This document shows positions 38,779-48,858 of a DNA stretch of 64,000 nucleotides, piece by piece. Within the stretch, counting starts at the first letter, position 1. Each line of letters starts with the position of its first letter. The position numbers were made by a program, and so were the translations under genes. Source of the stretch: a candidate division WOR-3 bacterium (lineage in GTDB: Bacteria > Hydrothermota > Tepidihabitantia > Tepidihabitantales > Tepidihabitantaceae); assembly GCA_039801365.1 (NCBI GenBank), contig JBDRUN010000001.1:37711-101710 (forward strand), given 5' to 3'. The notes beneath the pieces were generated by a model. The model was given only the letters and a program-made list of their open reading frames with translations, did no database searches and was not told the DNA's origin.

Positions 38779-40593
38779 ATGAGTCTAGTGCTATCACTGC
38801 TTTTGCTTGTCGGGCCTGTAGATACGGTAGCAACACCCATTTTCCCCATTGATGAAGTGGTTGTAACCGCAGAGCGGGTGGCGCGTGAGGTGCGCGATGT
38901 GGCCGCTTCGGTTTCGGTGTTGACCGGCGAGGAGATACGAAGGAGCGGTGCCCGTACCGTAACCGACGCCTTGGCCACTCTGCCCGGGGTCTTTGTGCAA
39001 CGAACAAGCCAGTTCGGTCGCACAGACCTGGACATTCGCGGTGTAGGTGACCGGGGTTGCCGAATTGCCGTGCTGGTTGATGGCCGACCGGAGAAAATGC
39101 CCATTTACGGCTGTGTAGTCACCCATACATTGCCTCTGAACAACGTCGAAAGGATTGAGCTGGTGCGCGGGCCTCTGTCTGTGCTCTATGGTTCAGACGC
39201 CATGGGCGGAGTGGTGAATATCATCACGCGCCGGGCATATTCGCCGCTCGACATCTCCGGTCGGGTAGAATACGGTTCGTTCAACACGATTCACTCGCGC
39301 CTGGCTGCCGGCACGCAGCAGGGAGACCTCAACGTGCTCTTTTCTCTCGACAAGGCCAAATCGGACGGGCACCTGCCTAACTCGCAGTACAATGGCAACG
39401 ACCTTTCGCTGCGCGCGGGTTATGAATTGTCGCCGGCTGTATCATTTGACTTCACCGGCAAGTACTTTACCGGCGTGAAGCACGAGCCGAAGCGGACAAA
39501 CGACCCGGATACACTTATTGCCACAGGTTGGAATCAGTACGACCGTGGTGGTCTGGACCTGACCGCCAATTTCCGCACCCAGACGGCCAACGGTTTTGCC
39601 AAAATATACCGCACCTTCGGCGAACACGAGTTTGATCCTAAGGACGGCTGGCACTCCACCGACTACACCAATGGTGCCATTCTGCATGCGCATCGAGAGC
39701 TTAGGTTTGGCAACCTGGTACAAGCCGGGGCTGAGTACAAGCGGCTTTCCGGCACCCGCATCATTTCGGACACGAACAAACCTTCCTGGGCTCGCAACCA
39801 GTGGGATGTGTTCATTCAAGATGAACAGACCCTGGGATTTCTGAGTGCCAATGCCGGTATCCGCTACAGCCAGGACCAGATTTCTGGAGGAGCAGTTTGT
39901 CCCAGACTTGGTCTGGTGGCAAAGACTGGCTTTGGTCTTACCGGCCGGGCCAGTGTGAACCGCGGGTTCCGTTTTGCCCCGCTCAACTACACCAGTGTTT
40001 TCCCGCCCAAGAATCCGGACCTGCGGCCGGAAATAGCGTGGAACTACGAGGTGGGCGCCAATCTGACCCTGGCTGAGCTCCTAAGTGCGGACCTGGCCGG
40101 GTTTATGCTCAAGGGCCAGGACCTGATCGAACTGGGGCCAAATCCCAATCCGCCACCGCCGGTGCAGTTTCAGAACAAGGGCGGTTTCATCTTCAAGGGT
40201 GTGGAGGCGACACTTGACGGTCGCTACCAGTTCCTGCGCAGTCGCCTGGGCATCAGTTTTCTTGACCCAGGCGTCAATACCCGGGCCCGACCCGGACTGA
40301 AGATTTCGGCTGAGGCTGGTGCAAACCTGAGCCGGTTCGACTTCACGCTTGGTTTTCAACACGTCAGCCGTTACTATGCTCAGGACAGTTCCCGCTCACC
40401 GATTCCTGCTTACGGCACCTTTGACCTGCGCGCTGGATGGCAGGCATTTTCCTGGTTGCGGGTTTTTGCCGCGGCCGAGAACCTGTTAGATGCGCAATAC
40501 GATACCTTCTGCGACCTGCCTGGTGCGGCGGCAGGTCTGTACCGCATGCCAGGCCGTTCCTTCACCGTTGGGTTGGACCTGAGAAAACCGTAG
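38779..40593 (+). CDS. TonB-dependent outer-membrane receptor
   Basis: Signal peptide. TonB-box/plug region (…DEVVVTAERVAREVRDVAASVSVLTGEEIRRSGARTVTDAL…). Long beta-barrel ending with a terminal aromatic residue. Confidence 0.85.
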   Translation: MSLVLSLLLLVGPVDTVATPIFPIDEVVVTAERVAREVRDVAASVSVLTGEEIRRSGARTVTDALATLPGVFVQRTSQFGRTDLDIRGVGDRGCRIAVLVDGRPEKMPIYGCVVTHTLPLNNVERIELVRGPLSVLYGSDAMGGVVNIITRRAYSPLDISGRVEYGSFNTIHSRLAAGTQQGDLNVLFSLDKAKSDGHLPNSQYNGNDLSLRAGYELSPAVSFDFTGKYFTGVKHEPKRTNDPDTLIATGWNQYDRGGLDLTANFRTQTANGFAKIYRTFGEHEFDPKDGWHSTDYTNGAILHAHRELRFGNLVQAGAEYKRLSGTRIISDTNKPSWARNQWDVFIQDEQTLGFLSANAGIRYSQDQISGGAVCPRLGLVAKTGFGLTGRASVNRGFRFAPLNYTSVFPPKNPDLRPEIAWNYEVGANLTLAELLSADLAGFMLKGQDLIELGPNPNPPPPVQFQNKGGFIFKGVEATLDGRYQFLRSRLGISFLDPGVNTRARPGLKISAEAGANLSRFDFTLGFQHVSRYYAQDSSRSPIPAYGTFDLRAGWQAFSWLRVFAAAENLLDAQYDTFCDLPGAAAGLYRMPGRSFTVGLDLRKP

Positions 40594-40596
40594 GAA

Positions 40597-41544
40597 ATGG
40601 CAAGGTCAGACAGCTTGATTCGAGCCAGTGGCTTGAAGTGGTGGAATGGTGCGAATGGACGACTATGGCTTCTGTCCGGCTGGGTGCTGGTGGCCATTGC
40701 GCTGGGGCTGGCAGTTTTTGGTTGCGCGGCCAGGCCTGGTTCCCGGCTCCGGGTCGTGACCACCACTACGCTTATTTCTTCCATAGTTGAAGCGATTGGT
40801 GGCAAGTATGTGCAGGCTACCGCCATTGCGCCTGGTGGCATGTGTCCGGGCCATTTCGATATTCCACCTTCGGCCGTGGCTGCGGCAAACGATGCCCAGC
40901 TCCTACTCAATCATGGCTGGGAAGAGTGGTTTGCCAAGCTGGAGCAGGCGTTGCACAATCCCAGAGTGATACGCCGGACGCTGAGCACCAAGGGCAACTG
41001 GATGGTGCCGGCTATACACAAGCAGGCGGTAAAAGAGGTTCTGCAACTGCTCGTGGAAATAGACAGCGCTCACGCGGACAGCTTCCGCCTGGCCGCACAA
41101 TACTATACAGCGCAAATAGATTCCGCTGCGGCCCAGGCGTGCAGCCTTTTTTCCGGCCGGGCCATGCCCAGAGTAATTGCGGCTGAGCATCAGGCTCCTT
41201 TCCTGCGCTGGCTGGGATTTTCTGTGGTTGCCACCTATGGCCGGCCCGAAGAATTCACCGCTCAGGAACTGGTGCGTCTGGCCCGGGTAATGGCCGACTC
41301 CGGGGTCATGCTTGTCGTGGACAATCTGCAGTCCGGTTCAGATGCAGGCAAGCCACTCGCCGAAGCCCACGGCGTAGCACATGTCACCCTGACTAATTTC
41401 CCGCTACCCGGCAAAGCCAAAAACCAAAAGAGCAAGAAAGCCGGAAAGCCAGAAAGCCAGAAAGCAGAAAAGCCAGCCTACTGCCAAGCGCTTCTTGACA
41501 ACGCCCGCGCCCTTGCTTCTGCTCTGGAAGGCTTGAATCCCTGA
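40597..41544 (+). CDS. Metal ABC transporter substrate-binding protein (TroA/ZnuA-like cluster-9 SBP)
   Basis: Signal/TM anchor. CPGHFD motif. Placed between the TBDT and the ABC ATPase. Confidence 0.75.
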   Translation: MARSDSLIRASGLKWWNGANGRLWLLSGWVLVAIALGLAVFGCAARPGSRLRVVTTTTLISSIVEAIGGKYVQATAIAPGGMCPGHFDIPPSAVAAANDAQLLLNHGWEEWFAKLEQALHNPRVIRRTLSTKGNWMVPAIHKQAVKEVLQLLVEIDSAHADSFRLAAQYYTAQIDSAAAQACSLFSGRAMPRVIAAEHQAPFLRWLGFSVVATYGRPEEFTAQELVRLARVMADSGVMLVVDNLQSGSDAGKPLAEAHGVAHVTLTNFPLPGKAKNQKSKKAGKPESQKAEKPAYCQALLDNARALASALEGLNP

Positions 41545-41548
41545 GCCG

Positions 41549-42292
41549 TTGGCCTCGACTTCCCCTGCTGTTTCCATCCGCTCGGTTACTGTCAGCTACC
41601 GCAGCAATGTGGCTTTGCACAATGTTTCGCTGGAGTTACAGCATGGCGATTTCTGCGGCATCATCGGGCCGAACGGTGCCGGCAAGACTACCCTTCTTAC
41701 AGTTTTCAACGGTCTGGGCCGGATTCATTCCGGCACCGTGGAAGTTTTGGGTGAACGCGGCACCAGTCGCAGTTTTGCCCGTCTGCGTCGGCGCATCGGT
41801 TATGTTGCCCAGCAGGAAAGAGTGGACCCGCGCGTGCCCATTTCGTGCCTGGAAGCGGTACTTATGGGTCGCATCGGCCGTGCGGGTGTTCTGCGAAGAC
41901 TGAAGCAGCAGGACTACGACCGCTGCCGGGAAATGATGCAGCTTGCCGGCATTCTGCATCTGGCACACCGGCCGGTGGGACAGTTGTCCGGCGGCGAAGC
42001 CCGCAAGCTCTCGCTAGCCCGGGCCCTGGTGCAGGAGCCAGAGCTCTTACTACTTGATGAGCCTACCTCCAACCTTGACCCCCGGGCAGTGCAGGAACTA
42101 AGTGAACTGGTAGTAACCGCCTGGAGGAAATTCAACCTGACGGTAGTGATGGTCACGCATCAGCTTGACCACCTGCCCAAGGTTACAAACCGTATTGTCA
42201 TGGTGAAAAACGGTCAGCTTCTGGCTACCGGCGACCGTAGCCTGCTGGCTGACAAGCGGCAGCTTGAACTTCTATTTGCCGATGCTGGCTGA
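41549..42292 (+). CDS. Metal ABC transporter ATP-binding protein (ZnuC/TroB-like)
   Basis: Walker A GPNGAGKTT, signature LSGGEARK, Walker B LLLDEPTSNLD. Confidence 0.85.
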   Translation: MASTSPAVSIRSVTVSYRSNVALHNVSLELQHGDFCGIIGPNGAGKTTLLTVFNGLGRIHSGTVEVLGERGTSRSFARLRRRIGYVAQQERVDPRVPISCLEAVLMGRIGRAGVLRRLKQQDYDRCREMMQLAGILHLAHRPVGQLSGGEARKLSLARALVQEPELLLLDEPTSNLDPRAVQELSELVVTAWRKFNLTVVMVTHQLDHLPKVTNRIVMVKNGQLLATGDRSLLADKRQLELLFADAG

Positions 42293-43118
42293 ATTTCTCT
42301 TGCTCTGGAAACCTGCGGTTGCTGCGGTGCTTGGCGGTCTGGTGTGCGGCATCGTGGGCGTCTGGGTGGTAATGATGGAAATACCTTTTGTCGGCGTAGC
42401 CATGTCCCATGCCGCGTTTGCCGGCTCGATTGCCGGACTCTTGCTGGGCATCAACCCGCTTGCTTCGGCCTTGCTTTTTTGTCTAGTTGCTTCTCTGGCA
42501 ATTGGGCCGGTGGCGGAACGGTCTGACCTCGCACCATCAGTCTCGCTCGGTATCATCTTCTCGCTGGTGCTGGGGCTTGCTTTTCTGGGCCTGGGCCTCT
42601 TGCGCGGCCCGCGCAGTGAAGCGCTCAGCCTTATCTGGGGCAACATTCTGCTTGTTTCATCCCAGGACCTTATCCTGATGGCCGCAGTTGCGGCTGTTAT
42701 CCTTCTTTTTCTTTCCCTTTTCTACAAAGAGACCTGCGCCCTGCTCCACAATCGAGAGATTGCGCGAGCGGTGGGGATTCCGGAGCGGGTATTCTTCTTT
42801 GTGATGCTGGCGCTGTCTGGGCTGGTGGTGACGGCCAATCTTTCCACAGTCGGCGGCCTGCTCATCTTCAGCCTGATTGTCAACCCGCCCTCGGCCGCAT
42901 TCCAGCTCACTTACCGGCTGAAGACGATGTATTTTCTCTCGGTTCTATTCAGCATTCTTTCCTGTCTGATTGGTCTTGTCGTATCCTGGCTTACTGATGC
43001 TCCAGCCGGCGCAGTGATCATCATCACCTCCAGCACCATCTTCGGCCTAGCACTTCTCTTCTCCCCAAAACGGCGCCGGAACAGCCTGACAGCTACCGGC
43101 CCGGACACTGGCGGCTGA
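42264..43118 (+). CDS. Metal ABC transporter permease (ZnuB/TroC-like)
   Basis: 284 aa, 8–9 TM. It overlaps the ATPase stop, which suggests an operon. Confidence 0.8.
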   Translation: MNFYLPMLAEFLLLWKPAVAAVLGGLVCGIVGVWVVMMEIPFVGVAMSHAAFAGSIAGLLLGINPLASALLFCLVASLAIGPVAERSDLAPSVSLGIIFSLVLGLAFLGLGLLRGPRSEALSLIWGNILLVSSQDLILMAAVAAVILLFLSLFYKETCALLHNREIARAVGIPERVFFFVMLALSGLVVTANLSTVGGLLIFSLIVNPPSAAFQLTYRLKTMYFLSVLFSILSCLIGLVVSWLTDAPAGAVIIITSSTIFGLALLFSPKRRRNSLTATGPDTGG

Positions 43119-44793
43119 CTTCTGGTGCGATGTTCTTGTTTCCGTAAGCCTTCTCAAACTGGGTGCAGAACTCGGCCGCCAGCCTTCTTGCCCGGTTCTC
43201 GTAGGCCAGTCGGTCCTTCCATGTGTTGGCCGGGTCGAGCATCGCATCATCCGGCACACCTGGACAGACCTTTGGTACCTCAAGATGAAACACCGGGTCT
43301 TCACGATATTCAACATGCTCCAGCGCACCAGACAATGCCGCCTCGACCATCTCTCTTGTCAGACTGATCTCTATTCGCCGACCCACACCGTACGGCCCGC
43401 CGGTCCAGCCGGTATTCACAAGATAGACCCTGACCCGATGACGGTCCAGTTTCTCACCCAGAAGCTGGGCATAGACCTCGGGATTGCGCGGCATGAACGG
43501 CTGGCCAAAGAACCTTGAGAACGTGCTCACCGGCTCAATTACGCCGGTCTCAGTACCGGCGAGCTTCGACGTATAACCCATCAGAAACCAGAGCATCGCC
43601 CGGTCTCGCGACAGCCGGGCAACCGGTGGCAGCACACCGTGCGCATCCGCGGTCAGAAAAATAACCGTCCTTGGGTGACCCCCCACCGGCGGATTCTTGA
43701 CATTGGAAAGAAACGACAAAGGATAGGAGCCGCGAGAGTTTTGCGTGAACCGACTGTCGGCAAGGTCGAACCGGCCGTCCGGGTACATCATCGCATTCTC
43801 AATGATCGCACCATGCTCAAGAAAATGCGCCTGATGGAAGCACGCCTGATATATCTCCGGTTCTTTCTGCGGGTCAAGATTGATAAGCTTCGCATAGCAA
43901 CCGTTCTCAAAATTGGCAATGCCTGAATCACTCCAGCCGTGCTCATCATCGCCCAAAAGTTTCCGCCTCGGGTCAGCCGAAAGCGTTGTCTTACCCGTGC
44001 CGGACAACCCAAGCAAAAGTGCCACATCTCCATCCCTACCCTCATTCGCCGAGCAGTGAATTGGCAGGATGCCCTCAGCTGGCAGCAGAAAATTCATAAC
44101 TGTGAACGCAAGCTTCTTCACGCTGCCGCAATAGGCCGAGCCAAATATCACACCAAGCCTGCGGTCCATGTCGGTGGCAATCACCATATTCGAGGTCCTG
44201 TTGCTCCCCGGCAGCTTACGCAATCTACCCTCGTACCGCGCCGGGTCGAGCTTATCATAAGGAAGCACCAACAAAGTAAACGGCCGGTCCGCAAACACCG
44301 ACTTCGCAGACTTCACCTGTGCCTCCCTATCTACTGGCCGGAACATGTTGACGGTGAACAGTGCGGTCAGGCTGCGGTCGGAAATCGTCCGAAACGGCAG
44401 TGCATAACTTGGGTCAGCACCAAGCACACGGTCAGTCACATACAGTCTCGGTTTCCTCGACATGGCATTGACCGCATCCTCGACCAGCATGTCGAAAGTG
44501 TCAGGTGAAATCGGAATGTTGTTTGGTGAATCCCAGTCAAACAGGGCCTCAGACTCCGGACGTCGGACAAGGACCGTATCCCTCGGACTTCGACCAGTGG
44601 ACTCAACCGGGGTCCAAGTCGCCAGGCATCCGCACTGGGCAACAAACGCCTCCCGGCGTTCCACTACCTCCTGGATCAACTGACGCCGGTTCGGATTGAA
44701 CCACACATCTGGATGACGCTGAACCATTTCGCTCAGCAGACCCTGAGCGAAATCCGGTCGTCTTGCTTCGCCGCCCGGCAAAACGGCGCTCAT
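43093..44793 (-). CDS. pckA: Phosphoenolpyruvate carboxykinase (ATP)
   Basis: 566 aa. Kinase-1a motif LLGLSGTGKTTLS. The family-wide conservation is unmistakable. Confidence 0.9.
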   Translation of the reverse strand: MSAVLPGGEARRPDFAQGLLSEMVQRHPDVWFNPNRRQLIQEVVERREAFVAQCGCLATWTPVESTGRSPRDTVLVRRPESEALFDWDSPNNIPISPDTFDMLVEDAVNAMSRKPRLYVTDRVLGADPSYALPFRTISDRSLTALFTVNMFRPVDREAQVKSAKSVFADRPFTLLVLPYDKLDPARYEGRLRKLPGSNRTSNMVIATDMDRRLGVIFGSAYCGSVKKLAFTVMNFLLPAEGILPIHCSANEGRDGDVALLLGLSGTGKTTLSADPRRKLLGDDEHGWSDSGIANFENGCYAKLINLDPQKEPEIYQACFHQAHFLEHGAIIENAMMYPDGRFDLADSRFTQNSRGSYPLSFLSNVKNPPVGGHPRTVIFLTADAHGVLPPVARLSRDRAMLWFLMGYTSKLAGTETGVIEPVSTFSRFFGQPFMPRNPEVYAQLLGEKLDRHRVRVYLVNTGWTGGPYGVGRRIEISLTREMVEAALSGALEHVEYREDPVFHLEVPKVCPGVPDDAMLDPANTWKDRLAYENRARRLAAEFCTQFEKAYGNKNIAPEVSRQCPGR

Positions 44794-47480
44794 ACGGGCC
44801 TTGCTCTACGGCTCCTCATCCTGGCCCGGATTCTTACCCGCTCAGCCCGGCGCTCAGCCTCCTGCTCCTCGCGCAGCGCCGCATGGGCCGCGGCCAGCCG
44901 AGCAACCGGTACGCGATAAGGCGAGCAACTGACATAATCCATTCCAAGCTGATGGCAGAACCTGATTGAATCCGGATCGCCGCCGTGCTCACCGCAGATG
45001 CCGATTTTCAGCTCAGGCTTCACGCGCCGGCCCATCCGCACGGCCAGCCGCATCAGCATGCCGACCCCTTCGACATCAAGTGTCTCGAACGGATTGCGCG
45101 GCACTATCCTCAACTCCAGGTACTGGGGCAGAAACTTACCGACGTCGTCACGCGAAAAACCGAAAGTCATCTGGGTCAGATCATTGGTCCCGAACGAAAA
45201 GAAACCCGCTTCCCGGCCGATGTCATCCGCGGTCATTGCCGCACGCGGCACCTCGATCATCGTGCCGACCAAATACTCCACCCTTATCCCGGTCTTCTCA
45301 AACACCTGGGCCGCGACCCGATCAACCACCTCGCGCTGGAGCACAAACTCCCTTACATCGCCGACCAATGGAATCATCACCTCGGGCTTGACATCAACGC
45401 CCTCGGCCTTCACCTCGCACGCCGCCTCAAAGATCGCCCTTGCCTGCATCTCGGTAATCTCCGGCCTGGTAATGCCGAGCCGGCATCCCCTGAAGCCGAG
45501 CATCGGATTCTCCTCCCGCAACCGCTCCACCACCACCCTGAGCTTCTCAACCGGCATCCCGACCCGCGCCGCTACCTTTACCAGCCCGGGCTCGTCCTTG
45601 GGCAGAAACTCATGCAGTGGCGGGTCAAGAGTCCGAATCGTAACCGGGAAACCGTTCATCGCCCGGAAAATGTTCGCAAAGTCGTTGCGCTGCATCGGCA
45701 GTAGCTTGGCAAGTGCCCGCCGGCGTCCGGCCTCGTCCTCGGCAACAATCATCTCCTGCATTGCGCTTATCCGGTCCGGACCGAAGAACATGTGCTCGGT
45801 CCGACACAGACCGATTCCCTCGGCGCCGTACTCTCTCGCCTTAGCCGCATCCTTTGGCAAATCGGCATTGGTCCGCACCCGCAGCCGGCGGAACTTGTCA
45901 GCCCAGGAAAGCAACGTGACGAAGTCTTCCGGGAAAGATGCTTCGACCAGCGGCACCGCGCCGGCAATCACCTCTCCGCTCGAACCGTCAATCGTGATAA
46001 CATCACCCTCAGCCAGCTCGCGCGTGCCGACCAGAACCTTCCGGCCCTCGTAGTCCACTCGCAGCGCCTCGCATCCTACTACACACGGCTTGCCCATGCC
46101 CCGGGCCACAACCGCAGCATGCGAAGTCATGCCGCCCGCCGCGGTCAGGAAACCTTCGGCACGGGCCATGCCACCAACATCGTCGGCCGAAGTCTGGTGC
46201 CGAACAAGCACTACCTTCCGGCCGGCCAGTGCAAGCTCGACTGCCCGCTCCGAACTCAAAACCATCTCACCTGAGGCCGCACCCGGCGAAGCCCCTAACC
46301 CCCGGGCCACTACTTCGTACTTTGCGGTCGGGTCAATACTGGAATGAAGCAAGGCTGCGGCCGCATCCGGGTTCACGCGCAGCACTGCCTCCTTCTGCGA
46401 AATAAGCCGCTCCCGCACCATATCGTGGGCAATCTTCACCGCTGCTCTTGGTGTCCGCTTGCCGGTCCGGCACTGAAGCACCCAGAGCCGGCCCCGCTCG
46501 ACCGTGAACTCAACGTCCTGCATGTCCCGGTAATGCCGCTCCAGCCGGGCAAACATGCTTGTCAGCCGCCGATACACTTTCGGCTGCTCTGCGGCCAGCC
46601 ACTCCAAAGGCTTCGGGTTGCGGATTCCGGCAACAATGTCCTCACCCTGGGCATTGTTCAGATACTCACCGTAATGCTTGCGTTCGCCAGTTGCCGGGTT
46701 ACGCGTGAAAGCAACCCCGGTTGCTGATCCCTCGCCCAGATTACCAAACACCATCGCCTGAACATTGACCGCGGTACCCCAGTCATCCGGAATCCGGTAA
46801 ATCCGGCGATACTCCCTGGCCCGCTCGTTATTCCAGGAACCAAGCACTGCCTCAATTGCCATCCACAGTTGCTCCTGCGGGTCTTGGGGAAAATCCCGGC
46901 CGGAAAGCTCCCGCACCTTGGCCTTGTAGCGTGCCACGACCCGGCTCAGGCCTGCAGCATCCAGTTCGGCATCATCCTTGACCCCGGTCCGCTTCCGCTC
47001 CGCCACAAGAATCTTCTCGAACTCAGCGTCGCCGGTCCCAAGCACGACGTCGGAAAACATCTGAATGAACCGGCGGTATGAATCAAGTGCGAACCGCTCG
47101 TTACGGGTCAGCCGTGCCAGACCGTCAACCGTCACGTCGTTCAGACCAAGGTTCAGGACCGTGTCCATCATGCCCGGCATCGAAGCCCGGGCACCGGACC
47201 GCACTGAAACTAAGAGCGGACATTCTGCGTCGCCGAATCGGCGACCGACCACCTGCTCGATAAACTCCATGCCGCGCCGCACCTCGGCCGGCAGACGCTT
47301 GGGCAGCCGGCCGTGTTTCATGCGATAAACGCACACCCGGGTCGAAATCGTAAACCCGGGCGGCACCGGCAGACCGATGTTCGTCATCTCGGCCAGATTT
47401 GCGCCCTTACCGCCAAGCACGTCGAGCATCTTGGCCGAACCATCAGCCAGCCCGTTACCAAAACGATATACGAATCTCAT
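44790..47480 (-). CDS. ppdK: Pyruvate, phosphate dikinase
   Basis: 896 aa. N-terminal ATP-grasp domain (…GGKGANLAEM…). The central phosphohistidine domain has the catalytic His, conserved GGxTSHAA (GGMTSHAAVVARG…). C-terminal PEP-utilising TIM barrel. Its stop overlaps the pckA start by 4 bp. Confidence 0.9.
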   Translation of the reverse strand: MRFVYRFGNGLADGSAKMLDVLGGKGANLAEMTNIGLPVPPGFTISTRVCVYRMKHGRLPKRLPAEVRRGMEFIEQVVGRRFGDAECPLLVSVRSGARASMPGMMDTVLNLGLNDVTVDGLARLTRNERFALDSYRRFIQMFSDVVLGTGDAEFEKILVAERKRTGVKDDAELDAAGLSRVVARYKAKVRELSGRDFPQDPQEQLWMAIEAVLGSWNNERAREYRRIYRIPDDWGTAVNVQAMVFGNLGEGSATGVAFTRNPATGERKHYGEYLNNAQGEDIVAGIRNPKPLEWLAAEQPKVYRRLTSMFARLERHYRDMQDVEFTVERGRLWVLQCRTGKRTPRAAVKIAHDMVRERLISQKEAVLRVNPDAAAALLHSSIDPTAKYEVVARGLGASPGAASGEMVLSSERAVELALAGRKVVLVRHQTSADDVGGMARAEGFLTAAGGMTSHAAVVARGMGKPCVVGCEALRVDYEGRKVLVGTRELAEGDVITIDGSSGEVIAGAVPLVEASFPEDFVTLLSWADKFRRLRVRTNADLPKDAAKAREYGAEGIGLCRTEHMFFGPDRISAMQEMIVAEDEAGRRRALAKLLPMQRNDFANIFRAMNGFPVTIRTLDPPLHEFLPKDEPGLVKVAARVGMPVEKLRVVVERLREENPMLGFRGCRLGITRPEITEMQARAIFEAACEVKAEGVDVKPEVMIPLVGDVREFVLQREVVDRVAAQVFEKTGIRVEYLVGTMIEVPRAAMTADDIGREAGFFSFGTNDLTQMTFGFSRDDVGKFLPQYLELRIVPRNPFETLDVEGVGMLMRLAVRMGRRVKPELKIGICGEHGGDPDSIRFCHQLGMDYVSCSPYRVPVARLAAAHAALREEQEAERRAERVRIRARMRSRRARPV

Positions 47481-47538
47481 TTCACCTCTACCTTGTATCT
47501 TCTTCTCTCATCAGACTGTCAGTCGGCTCTGCGACCAG

Positions 47539-47733
47539 TTACCGCCGCAGAAACAGGTTCAAAAGCAGCGTCAGGATGACCGAAACAACCAAGGCTGACG
47601 CAACCGGAATATAAACCACCAGGTTTCGCCGCTCGATAACCACGTCGCCCGGCAGCCGCGGCAGGCCAAACCGTGCCGCCGCCAGCAGGCCGGCACCAAC
47701 AAGCACCAGCACAATGCCCAGGACAACAAGCAT
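47539..47733 (-). CDS. DUF2905-family small membrane protein
   Basis: Start moved to MLVVLGIVLVLVGAGLL…RLPGDVVIERRN…, which matches the roughly 65-aa DUF2905 pattern (…PGDI.IER…). Confidence 0.55.
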   Translation of the reverse strand: MLVVLGIVLVLVGAGLLAAARFGLPRLPGDVVIERRNLVVYIPVASALVVSVILTLLLNLFLRR

Positions 47734-47752
47734 GCGGCCAAACGGCGCAAGA

Positions 47753-48106
47753 CTACTCACTGTCCTCAACTCCGGACTGCCGGTTTCCGGACTCCCCGGC
47801 GTGTCCACATCCCTTCGCTTCGTCCGTCGGCTCGACTGTCCGGCCTGAACCACCGGCATCTTCGTATCCTTGCATCAGTCTCGAATCCTCAGCCAAGAAT
47901 CCCTCGACAAGTTCCTTTGCCCGCTCAAGGTCTTCCTCCTCGACCAGCACCTCTCCCCACGAAGGTCTCATCACCTGCGCAATGCCGTCGTGGGCCGGGA
48001 TCTGAAACGAATGCATCATTGCCGGAATTCCGTTCTGCTCCAGAAGGTCCTTGATACTCTGGGCCATGAACTCATCCGCGGGCCGATGGACAACAACAAG
48101 AGCCAT
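47753..48106 (-). CDS. Hypothetical protein (DUF2007-like)
   Basis: 117 aa. N-terminal …VVHRPADEFMAQSIKDLLEQNGIPAMM… resembles the small DUF2007 domain. Weak. Confidence 0.4.
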   Translation of the reverse strand: MALVVVHRPADEFMAQSIKDLLEQNGIPAMMHSFQIPAHDGIAQVMRPSWGEVLVEEEDLERAKELVEGFLAEDSRLMQGYEDAGGSGRTVEPTDEAKGCGHAGESGNRQSGVEDSE

Positions 48107-48316
48107 GGAATAGAAAGTATAGCTCGGCGGGCAAACCCGGTCAATGACCCTGCGCCCCTCGCCTCACAACGCACTGCGAGCTTTCCTACAGTGCTTCCGC
48201 ATCTGGCATAGGTCATCATTCTGGTTTTCCTCGCAGTGCAGGAAAGCTGAAGTTGTCCATCTCGGCCCAAAGCCGCCTGTTGTCGCCCTCGCCGGCTGAC
48301 TCGCGCGTGCGGCCAG

Positions 48317-48775
48317 TCAACCCCGCGCGCTTCGCCAAACCCGGCCCAGCATTCGCTCCCAGTCCGCCACTCCACCACTTACCACACGAAACAGCGGGTG
48401 AACTGCGGGTGTGCGGATTCTAGGCATCATCCGATACCAGCGCCGGTCTCGTCGCCTTACTTTCTGTTTCAGCAGAAGAAACTCGTATTCTACCTGCCCG
48501 GTTGCAATCGGAATCCTTTCCACCCTGTGCCGCGGGCTCAACTTGTGCCGATCAAACCGATACCCCCGCCTAACCGCCTCCTTCCACACGGCCCGTAGAT
48601 ATTCGGCTATTGCCAGCCTGGGCCGCGGATGTTTTCTGAATCGCTCCAGTTGCGGATGATGCCGGTATCCCCTTGTCCTGCCCCGAAGAACCGCCTGGGC
48701 CAATAGCGCCTCGCGCCACAAGGCAACCAAACCGGTGCGATCAAGGTATTTCGGGTGAATGCTCCAGAGCCGCAT
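48317..48775 (-). CDS. Pyrimidine-dimer DNA glycosylase (T4 endonuclease V-like, Pyr_excise family)
   Basis: MRLWSIHPKYLDRTGLVALWREALLAQAVL is the hallmark N-terminus of this family. Confidence 0.8.
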   Translation of the reverse strand: MRLWSIHPKYLDRTGLVALWREALLAQAVLRGRTRGYRHHPQLERFRKHPRPRLAIAEYLRAVWKEAVRRGYRFDRHKLSPRHRVERIPIATGQVEYEFLLLKQKVRRRDRRWYRMMPRIRTPAVHPLFRVVSGGVADWERMLGRVWRSARG

Positions 48776-48858
48776 GCAATAGCCGGCTGCGCCGGAAGTC
48801 TATTGAAGCATCCTCCGCCTATTGTCCCTGTAATCTGGTAACGGCAATCGGCGGCTCT

